Shown here one piece after another: positions 7,974 through 17,481 of a stretch of DNA of 39,405 nt. The notes beneath the pieces were generated by a model. It was not told the origin of the DNA. It saw nothing but the letters and a program-made list of their open reading frames with translations, and searched no databases. Where the stretch lies: positions 1 through 39,405 of the forward strand of contig JAITJK010000003.1 in NCBI GenBank assembly GCA_031278935.1. The letters run 5' to 3'. Position 1 is the first letter of the stretch; every line of letters starts with the position of its first letter. This DNA is from Spirochaetaceae bacterium. Its GTDB lineage: Bacteria; Spirochaetota; Spirochaetia; Treponematales; Breznakiellaceae. The translations under genes were made by a program, and so were the position numbers.

Positions 7974-9983
7974 GTGTCTATGAAAGAATATGATTGCTGG
8001 TTCCAAAAACAAACCCAGGCCCCGTGCCTTAGCGTACCGTCCCTGAAGCGGTTTTTTAGTGCCGGCGCCGGTATGGTGTATGATCACGCGATTGCGGAAT
8101 ACCGTTTCCTGCTCAAAAAATGTTGGGATATCCCGACAGAGGCCGTACCGGATCTCCGGTCTGCGGGAACCGTGCTGGGACTCGTGGCGGACCTAAACCC
8201 GCTCCTCCCAGGGAAAGAAACCCTGCCGGCAAAGATCCCGGCGGAAGGGTTTTATATCCGTATCGGCCATGAGCAATCGATCATTATCGCTGCGGACGAG
8301 GCGGGCCTGCTCTACGGCGTATACCGCTTCCTTGCCCTCCTTATGCAGGGCGCCCTAAAGCCGGGAGACGAAATCCAGGAGGCCCCTACCGCCCGGCTGC
8401 GTATGCTCAACCATTGGGACAACTTGGACGGCAGTATAGAACGAGGTTACGCAGGACGGTCCCTCTTTTATCAGGATAACCACCTTCAATACGATAAGGA
8501 ACGCATGGTAGCCTATGCCCGGCTGGCCGCATCAGTGGGGATTAACCGGATATCCATCAATAACGTAAATGTCCGGTCCGCAGCCAAGCTCCTCATTACC
8601 GAAGCCTATTTGCCGGCGGTGGCGGAGTTGGCCGCAGTGTTCCGGCCCTTCGGGATCCGCCTGTTGCCGGCCCTGAACTTCGCCGCCCCCAAGAGCATCG
8701 GCGGCCTTAGCACCGCAGACCCCCTGGATCCGGCGGTGGCCGCCTGGTGGAAGGAGCAGATAAGCCTGGTATACCGGTATATCCCAGACTTGGCGGGGTT
8801 CATCGTCAAGGCGGATTCCGAAGGGGAGAGCGGCCCCTTCCAGTACGGGCGGACCCATGCGGAGGGCGCCAATATGCTGGCTGCGGCCCTGAAGCCCCAC
8901 GGCGGCGAGCTTATTTGGCGTTGTTTCGTGTACAACTGCCAGCAAGACTGGCGGGACCATTCGATGGACCGGGCCCGGGCGGCTTATGATAACTTTATCG
9001 CCCTGGACGGACAGTTCGCGGACAACGTGCTTTTACAGATCAAGTACGGCCCCCTGGACTTCCAGGTGCTTGAACCGGTGATGCCCCTGTTCGGCGCGCT
9101 GAAGAATACCCGGTATGTGATGGAGCTACAAATCACCCAGGAATACACGGGTCACCAGATAGATCTGTGCTTCCTGCCCTGGCTTTGGGAACGCATCATG
9201 GCCTTCGACACCGCTTATGGCCCCCAGAGCCGCATCAGAGACCTGGCCGGAAAAAGCCTTGAGGGATTTGCGGCGGTAGCCAATACTGGACGGGATACCA
9301 ACTGGACCGGTCATACCCTGGCGCAGGCCAACCTCTACGGCTTTGGCCGTATGGCGTGGAATCCGGCCTTAGAGTCCGAAGCAATCGCCCGGGAATGGAG
9401 CGCCCTCACCTTTGGGCCGGGCCATACCGCCGAGACCATCGCGGGGATACTCCTAGCGTCCTACCCGGCTTATGAGAACTACAACGCCCCCTTCGGTATT
9501 TGTTTCATGGTAACTCCGGGAATCCATTACGGCCCGAATATCGAGGGCTACGAGTTTTCCAAGTGGGGCACCTATCACCGGGCGGACCGAAAGGCCATCG
9601 GCGTGGACCGCACATCCCAGGGTACCGGCTACACGGGCCTCTATGCCCCGGAAAACGCCCGGCGTTTTGAGGACCCGGCGCAGTGTCCTGAAAAGCTGCT
9701 GTTGTTTTTTCACCGGCTGAACTACGACTACCGGATGAAAAACGGCGAGACCCTGTTGCAGAACATCTACGACACTCATTTCGTCGGGTATGACCAGGTA
9801 GCGGTCATGGTGGAAACCTGGAAAAGCCTTGAAAACGACCTGGACGGCGAAGTCTACGATTCGGTCCTTTCCCGGTTTGAGCGGCAGTTGGAGAACGCCC
9901 GGGAATGGCGGGATCAGATAAACACCTATTTTTACCGTAAAACCGGCATAGCCGATGCACGGGGCCGAAGGATTTACGACTAA
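7974..9983 (+). CDS. aguA: Alpha-glucuronidase, glycoside hydrolase family 67
   Basis: The 669-aa product is collinear with GH67 enzymes (RMLNHWDNLDGSIERGYAGRSLF, IVKADSEGE, ELQITQEYTG). The start may instead be the ATG at 7980. Confidence 0.9.
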   Translation: MSMKEYDCWFQKQTQAPCLSVPSLKRFFSAGAGMVYDHAIAEYRFLLKKCWDIPTEAVPDLRSAGTVLGLVADLNPLLPGKETLPAKIPAEGFYIRIGHEQSIIIAADEAGLLYGVYRFLALLMQGALKPGDEIQEAPTARLRMLNHWDNLDGSIERGYAGRSLFYQDNHLQYDKERMVAYARLAASVGINRISINNVNVRSAAKLLITEAYLPAVAELAAVFRPFGIRLLPALNFAAPKSIGGLSTADPLDPAVAAWWKEQISLVYRYIPDLAGFIVKADSEGESGPFQYGRTHAEGANMLAAALKPHGGELIWRCFVYNCQQDWRDHSMDRARAAYDNFIALDGQFADNVLLQIKYGPLDFQVLEPVMPLFGALKNTRYVMELQITQEYTGHQIDLCFLPWLWERIMAFDTAYGPQSRIRDLAGKSLEGFAAVANTGRDTNWTGHTLAQANLYGFGRMAWNPALESEAIAREWSALTFGPGHTAETIAGILLASYPAYENYNAPFGICFMVTPGIHYGPNIEGYEFSKWGTYHRADRKAIGVDRTSQGTGYTGLYAPENARRFEDPAQCPEKLLLFFHRLNYDYRMKNGETLLQNIYDTHFVGYDQVAVMVETWKSLENDLDGEVYDSVLSRFERQLENAREWRDQINTYFYRKTGIADARGRRIYD

Positions 9984-10007
9984 GCCCCGGAAACCGGGCG
10001 GGGGTAG

Positions 10008-10033
10008 CCCCCAATACGCCGCCACGGCAGGGG
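10008..10033 (+). repeat. Partial (3' module) copy of the intergenic repeat
   Basis: CCCCCAATACGCCGCCACGGCAGGGG lies between the aguA stop and the GH3 start. Confidence 0.7.
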
Positions 10034-10121
10034 CCCCCGCGCTTGTTATGGGAATGTTCAATCCTTGCTGGAATATCCGAGATGGTCTATACTACAAATA
10101 TTCAATATTAAGGAGAAATTT

Positions 10122-12503
10122 ATGAAGTTTGTTCGTATTTGCACCCTTGCCGCAGTCTGTTTGGCTTTAGGCGCGTGCACCAGCAACAAATCCACCAAAG
10201 AGATTAGCACCCATAGTACGGTCCACGTTACCGTAGCTAATCCTAATGGCGGTCCCACCTTGGGCTACGCCAAAAACAGCGGGCTGAAAGTGTTGAAAGT
10301 GAAAGAGGGAACAGATACCTATTCCTTTAAAGACATGAATGGTAATGGCAAACTTGATGTCTGGGAAGATTGGCGGAAACCCGTCGATGAACGGGCGCAA
10401 GCCCTGTCCAAAGAGCTGACCATTGATGAAATTGCCGGGTTAATGCTCTTTAGCTCCCACGAACAGAACCCGGAAGCCGGTTTAACCGAGGCTCAAAAGA
10501 AATACCTTAAGGAAGACAACTTAAGAAATGTGCTGAACGCCGGAAGCAACGACGTCGAAGCCCTGGTAAGCTGGAACAATGCTATGCAGGCCTATGTAGA
10601 AGGCTTCATCAAAGAGGGGCATAAGGTCATTCCCGTAAACTTCAGTTCCGATCCCCGAAGCACCGCTGGATCCGACGCCCAGTACAACGCGGAGGGCGAA
10701 GATATTTCCCGGTGGCCCTCGAATTTAGGCATCGCCGCAACCTTCGACCCGGAAATTATGCGGACCTTCGCCCGTATTGCCGCAGAAGAATACCGGGGAA
10801 TGGGTATTGCTACCGCCCTGGGACCCCAAATCGAGCTCGCAACGGATCCTCGTTGGCTCAGATTCGACGGCACCTTTGGTGAAAATACCCGGCTCGCCGT
10901 CGATATGGCTGAAGCCTACGTTGACGGCTCCCAATCCACCTACATCAATGGAGAAGATACCGGCTGGGGAGTCCGGTCGATTAACGCTATGATCAAACAC
11001 TTCCCTGGAGACGGTATGGGCGAAAGTGGCCGGGAATCCCACCTTGAAGGGGGCAAATACGCCGTGTATCCCGGTGATAATTTCCAAGAACACCTTAAAC
11101 CCTTTATCGACGGAGGGCTCAACCTGAAAGGCAAAACCAAACAAGCCGCTTCGGCGATGCTTTCTTATTCCGTAGCCATCGGCGCGGATGGAAATCCCCT
11201 CTTCGGTCTGAACCGAGGTTCCGCGTATGATCAAAGCAAAATCGATATGCTGCGGAAAGACCACCAATACGAGGGCGTTCTGTGTACCGACTGGGGCGTT
11301 ACCGTAGCCATGAGCGATCCCGCTAAACCTTCTTTTGGTATGGCTTGGGGTGCGGAAAACCTCTCCGTAGAAGAACGGCATTACGCCATCTTGCTGGCCG
11401 GAATGGATATGTTCGGCGGCAACAACGATAAAAAACCGATCCTTGCGGCTTACGATATGTGGGTAAGGGATTTCGGTGAAGCCTCTGCAAAAGAGCGATT
11501 CCAGCTTTCCGGCAAACGGCTGCTTACGCTGCTTTTTAACGTAGGGCTGTTTGAAAATCCTTATCTGGACCTCGATGAATCCAAAGCCTCGGTGGGCAGC
11601 CAAGATAAACGAGATGCCGGTTATCAGGCGCAGCTTGCTTCTATTGTAATGCTCAAGAATAAAAACAACGTCATTCGTACCGGCCTTTTGGAGAGCTACA
11701 AAGATGCCGTGGCCTACATTCCTTCTTCGATTCATCACAATTTTCCGTCCATCTGGGCTCCCGCGGCTGATACTGCGGATCCTACCATGAATATCGAGAC
11801 CGCCAAAAGATATTTCAAAGAGGTTCTCTCCGATACGCCGGTCAAGGATGCCGAGGGAAACGTAACCGGCTTTACTGCCCCGGACCTTTCCACGGTGGAT
11901 GTTATCATCATCGGGATGCAGAGTCCCGACTCAGGTGGCGTGTTCAGTAACGCGGGTTTCGATAAAGACGATAGAACCTTCTATCCCCTTTCGTTGCAGT
12001 ACCGTCCCTACACGGCTACCAGCACCGCCGTGCGCCAGACCTCCATCAGCGGGGATATTCTGGAGGACGCAAAAGAAAACCGCTCCTATTATAATAAAAC
12101 CTCTCGGATTTCTAACGAATACGATCTCGATGCGTTCCTGAAGGCAAAAGAAGCCGCCGCAGCCATCGAAGCCAATACGGGGAAACATATTCCCGTGCTG
12201 GTAGCCCTCAAAGCGAAAAATCCGGTCATGGTCGGTGAGTTTGAACCCCAGGCTGACGCTATCGTTACCGGTTTTTCCGTAGACGACGCCGCATATTTCG
12301 ATATTCTTCTGGGAAAAACGGAACCGAAGGGTTTGCTGCCTATGCAGTTCCCCAAAGATATGATCACGGTGGAAGCTAATAAAGAAGACCTAGGTCAGGA
12401 TATGACCCCGTATACCGATGAAATGGGTAACCTCTATGATTTTGGCTACGGCTTGAACTATAGCGGCGTTATTTCCGACACCCGCACGGCCAAATACCAA
12501 TAG
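10122..12503 (+). CDS. GH3 family beta-glycosidase lipoprotein (beta-xylosidase/beta-glucosidase type)
   Basis: Start chosen at MKFVRICTLAAVCLALGAC (lipobox), with AAGGAG 6 nt upstream. GH3 motifs KHFPGDGMGESGRESH and VLCTDWGV are present. It lies downstream of GH67. Confidence 0.85.
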   Translation: MKFVRICTLAAVCLALGACTSNKSTKEISTHSTVHVTVANPNGGPTLGYAKNSGLKVLKVKEGTDTYSFKDMNGNGKLDVWEDWRKPVDERAQALSKELTIDEIAGLMLFSSHEQNPEAGLTEAQKKYLKEDNLRNVLNAGSNDVEALVSWNNAMQAYVEGFIKEGHKVIPVNFSSDPRSTAGSDAQYNAEGEDISRWPSNLGIAATFDPEIMRTFARIAAEEYRGMGIATALGPQIELATDPRWLRFDGTFGENTRLAVDMAEAYVDGSQSTYINGEDTGWGVRSINAMIKHFPGDGMGESGRESHLEGGKYAVYPGDNFQEHLKPFIDGGLNLKGKTKQAASAMLSYSVAIGADGNPLFGLNRGSAYDQSKIDMLRKDHQYEGVLCTDWGVTVAMSDPAKPSFGMAWGAENLSVEERHYAILLAGMDMFGGNNDKKPILAAYDMWVRDFGEASAKERFQLSGKRLLTLLFNVGLFENPYLDLDESKASVGSQDKRDAGYQAQLASIVMLKNKNNVIRTGLLESYKDAVAYIPSSIHHNFPSIWAPAADTADPTMNIETAKRYFKEVLSDTPVKDAEGNVTGFTAPDLSTVDVIIIGMQSPDSGGVFSNAGFDKDDRTFYPLSLQYRPYTATSTAVRQTSISGDILEDAKENRSYYNKTSRISNEYDLDAFLKAKEAAAAIEANTGKHIPVLVALKAKNPVMVGEFEPQADAIVTGFSVDDAAYFDILLGKTEPKGLLPMQFPKDMITVEANKEDLGQDMTPYTDEMGNLYDFGYGLNYSGVISDTRTAKYQ

Positions 12504-12565
12504 CGCACCACTCTAACGAGGCTGCCGGGAAAGGTTGCTAGTGCGATCCCGGTAGTCTCAACCGG

Positions 12566-14140
12566 ATGGTATGCCCCGGCAGTTCCCTTTTTTCGCCGCC
12601 AGTGAAGCAAAACCCCGGAGCGATCCTTATAATACGTATGGGTGAAATAGTACCGGTTCCCCCGATCCTCTATGGAGCTGCAGGAACCGCTCTGGGGTAT
12701 TACAGTTTCCGGTTTCTGGCGCGGCAGGAGGCCCTATCGGGCGTCCTGGCCCTCATGGTCGCCCTGGTGAGCGTCCTGCATGTCCTCGCCTGCCATCCCT
12801 GGGCGACTGGTTTATCGGTGAAGGTCCAGCGCCAGATGCGCCGGTTCCGAATATACGCCCTGGTCCTGGCATTAGGGGTCGCCCTGGGCCTTAGTGTGGG
12901 AAGCCAGATATCGGCTCTCTGGTTCGGCATCCCGGAAGACCAGGTCCGGGGTCTCTATGGGTCCTTGACCGAAGACCCTCGGGCTTTTCCGGATTACCGA
13001 GGCATGGCTTCCCTATCCGTGTACCAGGTTGAAGGTCCCGGGGGCCTCAAAGCCTCGGCCAGAGGCAGCGTGCAGGTATTTTTTCCCGCCGACTCGTTCC
13101 CCCGCATACAGGCCTTTGGCCGTGGGAGCGTGGTGTATCTCCCAGGGACGCTGATTACCCCGCCCCAAGCAACCGGGAACACGCCGCCTAAGCGCTTCCG
13201 CGCCCAAGCACTGCACCTCTTAAAACCCGCTTCAGCCCTGGAACAAAGGCGGACCCGAGGACGGATGCGCCTGAGAGAACGGTTGGAGGACGCGCCCTGG
13301 GCCGGCCTTGCTGAAGCGTTGCTCTTGGGGGTCAAGGATAACTTGGATACTGAGGTGGCAGTAGCCTTTCGCTCCGCTGGGTGTTCCCACATCTTGGCCC
13401 TCTCAGGGATGCATCTCGCCCTACTGACCACGGTGCTCACGTTCCTCCTCACCCGAGTTCTGGGCCTCAAAGCCGCAGCCGTGGGCGGGGGCCTTGGTAT
13501 CATCGCCTATGTCTACATGGCGGGGAACTTCCCCTCCCTTACCCGGGCGGCGATCATGTATCTCCTGGGAAGCCTCTGCGCCCTAGGGCCCTTCCCCAAA
13601 TCCGGGGTACGGGTAAGGCAGCGGGCCGTGCTGGGCATGGCCTTCATCATCCAACTCATCGGTTCCCCCCAAGCCGGACAAAGTCTCTCCTTCATCCTCT
13701 CCTACCTCGCCTTAGGGGGGCTTCTCTTCATCGCCCCGGCTATCCATGACCTCTTTCGGGGCCGCCTCCCGGAAATCCTGGCCCAGCCTCTTGCCGCATC
13801 CATTGGGGCCTTCATCGCCACGGCCCCGGTAAGTGCCTGGGTCTTCGGCGTCCTGCGTCCTGTGGGGATCCTTGCGGGACTCCTGATCGTGCCCCTGGTC
13901 ACAGCGTTCATGCTCATCGCCTTGGCTGCCTGGATCCTACCGGGAACCGCTCTTGGGCTAATCCTCACCATCCTGTATGATATACTCACCGGGATAGCTG
14001 CTGGGAGTGCCCGGATTCCCGGAATCTCCGGAGCAGCGCCCTGGGTCGTAATGACCCTATCCCTGGGAAGTGCAGGAGTCCTCATGGCCGTGAGCCATAG
14101 ACAGACCCTGAGGAGGAGCATTCTTGTCCCTTTTGACTGA
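12566..14140 (+). CDS. comEC: ComEC/Rec2-family DNA internalisation channel protein, without a metallo-beta-lactamase domain
   Basis: This polytopic membrane protein carries the competence-domain motif FRSAGCSHILALSGMHLALL. The start is uncertain; an alternative is the Met of MGEIVPV. Confidence 0.8.
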   Translation: MVCPGSSLFSPPVKQNPGAILIIRMGEIVPVPPILYGAAGTALGYYSFRFLARQEALSGVLALMVALVSVLHVLACHPWATGLSVKVQRQMRRFRIYALVLALGVALGLSVGSQISALWFGIPEDQVRGLYGSLTEDPRAFPDYRGMASLSVYQVEGPGGLKASARGSVQVFFPADSFPRIQAFGRGSVVYLPGTLITPPQATGNTPPKRFRAQALHLLKPASALEQRRTRGRMRLRERLEDAPWAGLAEALLLGVKDNLDTEVAVAFRSAGCSHILALSGMHLALLTTVLTFLLTRVLGLKAAAVGGGLGIIAYVYMAGNFPSLTRAAIMYLLGSLCALGPFPKSGVRVRQRAVLGMAFIIQLIGSPQAGQSLSFILSYLALGGLLFIAPAIHDLFRGRLPEILAQPLAASIGAFIATAPVSAWVFGVLRPVGILAGLLIVPLVTAFMLIALAAWILPGTALGLILTILYDILTGIAAGSARIPGISGAAPWVVMTLSLGSAGVLMAVSHRQTLRRSILVPFD

Positions 14141-15041
14141 CGCCGTGCGGATCTCGTCGGCAGATCCTCCCCTAAACTACGATTCCCCCGCAGCTTTGCG
14201 GGCCTTTCTTGAAGCCCAGGGCTTAGGTATGCGTAAGCGCCTAGGCCAGCATTTTCTGATTAATCCCCGTGCCCGGGGGCACTTGCTGGATGCTCTGGAC
14301 TTGAGTCCAGGCGAGGGAGTGTGGGAGATAGGCCCAGGACTGGGGGCCATGACCTTCGGCCTTTTAGAACAAGGGCTCCGGGTCCGGGCCTTTGAGCTGG
14401 ATAGTGGGTTTTGCCAGGTATTAACGCAGCTTTTCGGGGATAATCCCCGGTTCTGCCTTGTCCCAGGGGACGTTCTTAAAACCTGGCCCCAGGCTGGGGA
14501 CGAGCGCTATCTTTTGGGGAACCTTCCGTATACCATTGGGTCCCGACTGGTAGGAGCCTTGATCGAGGGGCGGCGTTTTTTTACCCGTATGGTGGTGCTA
14601 CTCCAGCGAGAACTGGTCCAGCGGATGATCGCCCGGCCCGGTAGTAAGGACTATTCCTCCTTTTCCGTGCTGTGCCAGTCTTTTTACACTATGAGCCCCC
14701 TGTCGGTCCTGAAAGGGCCATCCTTTTATCCTGCACCCCACGTGGATTCCCAGGGCCTGCGCTTGGAACTTCGGGCCGATGTCCGGCCCGATAGCTACAG
14801 CCCACTCTTTCAGCCGCTGGTACGGCGACTCTTTGCATCCCGGCGCAAGACCATTAACCATAACTTATACGATTACGTGGTTTCCACTATACTGAAGACC
14901 GGGGGACTTGAGGCCCAGGAGTTTACCCGGAAGGCTCTTGAGCGCTGCGGTATACCAGAAAATACCCGGGCCGAGGCATTGGATGGGGAAACCTTTGCCG
15001 CCCTAGCCGCCCTCTTGGAGGGCATGAAGCTGCATATCTAA
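14124..15041 (+). CDS. rsmA: 16S rRNA (adenine1518/1519-N6)-dimethyltransferase
   Basis: Contains RLGQHFLINP and the SAM motif VWEIGPGLGAMT, and is collinear with KsgA. TTG start overlapping the comEC end. Confidence 0.9.
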   Translation: MSLLTDAVRISSADPPLNYDSPAALRAFLEAQGLGMRKRLGQHFLINPRARGHLLDALDLSPGEGVWEIGPGLGAMTFGLLEQGLRVRAFELDSGFCQVLTQLFGDNPRFCLVPGDVLKTWPQAGDERYLLGNLPYTIGSRLVGALIEGRRFFTRMVVLLQRELVQRMIARPGSKDYSSFSVLCQSFYTMSPLSVLKGPSFYPAPHVDSQGLRLELRADVRPDSYSPLFQPLVRRLFASRRKTINHNLYDYVVSTILKTGGLEAQEFTRKALERCGIPENTRAEALDGETFAALAALLEGMKLHI

Positions 15042-15050
15042 GGAGAAACG

Positions 15051-15752
15051 GTGAGTATGGCCATCATGGACGCCCTTGCGCGTATACGGGAACGGATACA
15101 AGCAGCCTGTATCCGTTCAGGACGAGAAATCGAAACGGTAAAGCTTATGGGGGTATCGAAGTTTCAGACCCTTGAGCGCATAGAAGCGGCCTTTGATGCA
15201 GGAATCCGGCTCTTTGGGGAAAGCCGGGTCCAGGAAGCGGCGCAAAAATTCATCCCTTTTAAGGGACAACACCCGGAAGCGGAAGTGCACCTCATCGGCT
15301 CCCTACAGCGAAATAAGGCCAAGGCCGCAGCCGCCCTGTTTGAGACCATCCAGTCTGTAGACCGGGAGGCCCTGATCCGGGAACTGGGGGCCTTGACTGC
15401 GGGGCGGGAGCGGTCCTTAGGAATTCTCCTTGAGCTGCATACCGGGGAGGAGACGAAGCGCGGGTTTTCTGATGAAAGGGCCCTCTGCCAAGCGGCGGAA
15501 CAAGTCCTCGCCTATCCGGGCCTGGTTCTCCGAGGACTTATGACCATGGCGCCCTATACAGATGACCGTGCGGTGATTCGCAGGTCCTTCCGTGCCCTGG
15601 TTTCCGCCCAAGGCGCCCTGGTTTCCCGATTCCCGGAGAGCGACTGGTCCTGCCTTTCCATGGGTATGTCCCATGATTTTGAAATCGCCATTGAAGAAGG
15701 GTCCACCTTGCTGCGAATCGGCACGGCCCTCTTCGGGGAACGGACCCTATGA
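15051..15752 (+). CDS. yggS: YggS-family pyridoxal-phosphate homeostasis protein
   Basis: The 233-aa product contains LMGVSKFQ (PLP Lys), FGESRVQE, HLIGSLQRNKAK and LSMGMSHDFE. Confidence 0.9.
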   Translation: MSMAIMDALARIRERIQAACIRSGREIETVKLMGVSKFQTLERIEAAFDAGIRLFGESRVQEAAQKFIPFKGQHPEAEVHLIGSLQRNKAKAAAALFETIQSVDREALIRELGALTAGRERSLGILLELHTGEETKRGFSDERALCQAAEQVLAYPGLVLRGLMTMAPYTDDRAVIRRSFRALVSAQGALVSRFPESDWSCLSMGMSHDFEIAIEEGSTLLRIGTALFGERTL

Positions 15753-16273
15753 AGGACCGCCTGGCCCTAGTTCTGGGCTTGTGCGCTGGGTTGCTCCTTC
15801 CCACCCATGCCCAAACTACCGCTACTTCTGGGCAGACCAACACGGCCACTTCAGAATCCGTTTCCGCCACCACGGCTACTGCGGCCTTTGATACCACGGG
15901 TTTCCCTCAATGGGCGAAGGATCTCCGCCGGGGGGAGATTATCGCCTTTGGGTCCTTTCCGTTCAGTATGTTTTTCTCCCTCACCCTCATAGATACCTAC
16001 CGTATGGCCACCCATGATTGGGACACCCAGTACGCGCCCTGGCCCTTTAAGGGAGCGGGAGCTGTGGATCGGACCGAGGATGAGCAAATGCTCACCATTA
16101 CTATGGCCGTCACGACTTCCCTGGTCATAGCCCTGGTGGATTTTGTCATCCACCGGTATAAGCGAGCCCAAGAAGCCCGGAAACGCGAAGCCCTACCCGC
16201 CGGGGTTCCCATCATCATACGAACGCCCTTGAGCCAGGAAGCAACGGAGAGCGCGGCGGCTGAGGCGCCCTAA
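15749..16273 (+). CDS. Hypothetical exported/membrane protein
   Basis: It has a signal peptide (LALVLGLCAGLLLPTHAQ), a Thr/Ser-rich linker and a C-terminal TM helix (ITMAVTTSLVIALVDFVI). Its ATG overlaps the yggS stop (ATGA). Confidence 0.6.
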   Translation: MKDRLALVLGLCAGLLLPTHAQTTATSGQTNTATSESVSATTATAAFDTTGFPQWAKDLRRGEIIAFGSFPFSMFFSLTLIDTYRMATHDWDTQYAPWPFKGAGAVDRTEDEQMLTITMAVTTSLVIALVDFVIHRYKRAQEARKREALPAGVPIIIRTPLSQEATESAAAEAP

Positions 16274-16274
16274 G

Positions 16275-17198
16275 GTGCCTTCCTACTGCGGTATGGTGGG
16301 TCCCTTGCCCAGCCCGCTTCGGCTTGACCGGTATGCGGCGGAGTATCTGTGCCTCCTTAGCCGTTCTCAGCTGAAAGCCCGGGCCCTACAGGTTACGCTA
16401 AACGGTCGGGTGGTAAAGCCCTCCCGGCTGGTTCGCCCAGGAGACTATCTGGAGCTCACTTGGACGGAGGACGAACCCCAGGAATTAGTCCCTGAGGACC
16501 TGCCCCTGGATATTATCTATGAAGATCAGCAGGTAGTGGTAGTGAATAAGGCCCAGGGCATGGTGGTGCATCCCGGGGCAGGGAATTACCGGGGTACCCT
16601 GGCTAATGCCCTGCTCTTTCGGGTCCTGCACCGGGGTGGCGTGCCTCCGGGGGAGGCCTTTCGTCCAGGGATCATTCATCGTTTGGACAAAGATACCTCC
16701 GGGGTGATCATTGCAGCCTATACGAAGGAGGCTTTGGCCTTTATCACTGGACAATTCAAGGCCCGCGCGGTACGAAAAGGTTACCGGGCATTGGTTCGCG
16801 GCGTTTTACCTGTTTCTTCCGGGCTTATTGCGACTCAGATTTGCCGGGACTCTCAGGACCGGAAACGGTTCACCGTTTCTCAAGACCGGGGTAAGACAGC
16901 CCTCACCCGCTACCGGGTAATCCGGTCTTGGAGCGGGTATTCCCTGCTGGCCTTAATGCCAAAAACCGGCCGCACCCATCAGCTTCGGGTACACCTACGC
17001 CATATCGGGTACCCTATCCTGGGGGATCCCCTGTACGGCGGGCTGGACCGCGCCTTCCCCGGCTTAGGCCTCATGCTCCACGCCCAGAGTCTCCGCCTCA
17101 TCTTACCCGGAGAGTCATCCCCCCGAACCTTCAAGGCGCCGCTGCCCTACCGGTTCCGGAATATGTTCCACTATTTGCCCTGGAGGCGTAGTCCCTGA
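16275..17198 (+). CDS. rluD: RluA-family 23S rRNA pseudouridine synthase (RluD-like)
   Basis: An S4-like N-terminus, the catalytic motif HRLDKDTSGVII, and KTGRTHQLRVH are present. Confidence 0.85.
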   Translation: MPSYCGMVGPLPSPLRLDRYAAEYLCLLSRSQLKARALQVTLNGRVVKPSRLVRPGDYLELTWTEDEPQELVPEDLPLDIIYEDQQVVVVNKAQGMVVHPGAGNYRGTLANALLFRVLHRGGVPPGEAFRPGIIHRLDKDTSGVIIAAYTKEALAFITGQFKARAVRKGYRALVRGVLPVSSGLIATQICRDSQDRKRFTVSQDRGKTALTRYRVIRSWSGYSLLALMPKTGRTHQLRVHLRHIGYPILGDPLYGGLDRAFPGLGLMLHAQSLRLILPGESSPRTFKAPLPYRFRNMFHYLPWRRSP

Positions 17199-17301
17199 CG
17201 GAATGGCGGTTAGGAAGCGGATCGCGCCTCGCTACGGTTTTCCGCCGATCATCCGTGTCACGTTCACCCCAGGTTCCCCCTGTCTAGCCGGCCCCTAGGG
17301 G

Positions 17302-17334
17302 CCTTAATACCCACGACTGGCCGTGTGGTTAGGG
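17302..17334 (-). repeat. Partial, rearranged copy of the intergenic repeat
   Basis: GCCGTGTGGTTAGGG (17320-17334) is the reverse complement of the CCCTAACCACACGGC module. An adjacent CCTTAATACCC resembles an inverted AATAC module. A 14-nt perfect palindrome GGCCCCTAGGGGCC lies at 17290-17303. Confidence 0.6.
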
Positions 17335-17481
17335 AACAAGGCGCATCTCGCTCCTTACCTATGAAACTTTTGAGCCGAGGTTTTATGTTTGGTATATACC
17401 TATGGCTTTAATATGAACGGAGGGACGTGCGTACCGCTCGTCTATGCTATGGAGCCCCGTTGCATCCAGTACAGGAGTCGA

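Noticed and set aside
9453-10061. A 202-aa minus-strand ORF
   Set aside because: It is antisense to the 3' end of aguA, reads through the intergenic repeat and has no motifs.
10725-11738. A 337-aa ORF on the minus strand inside the GH3 lipoprotein gene
   Set aside because: It is antisense to a well-supported GH3 CDS, and its composition (Gly/Arg/Pro/Phe-rich with no motifs) is typical of shadow ORFs in GC-rich DNA.
12994-13503. A 169-aa minus-strand ORF
   Set aside because: It is antisense to comEC, Arg/Pro-rich and a shadow ORF.
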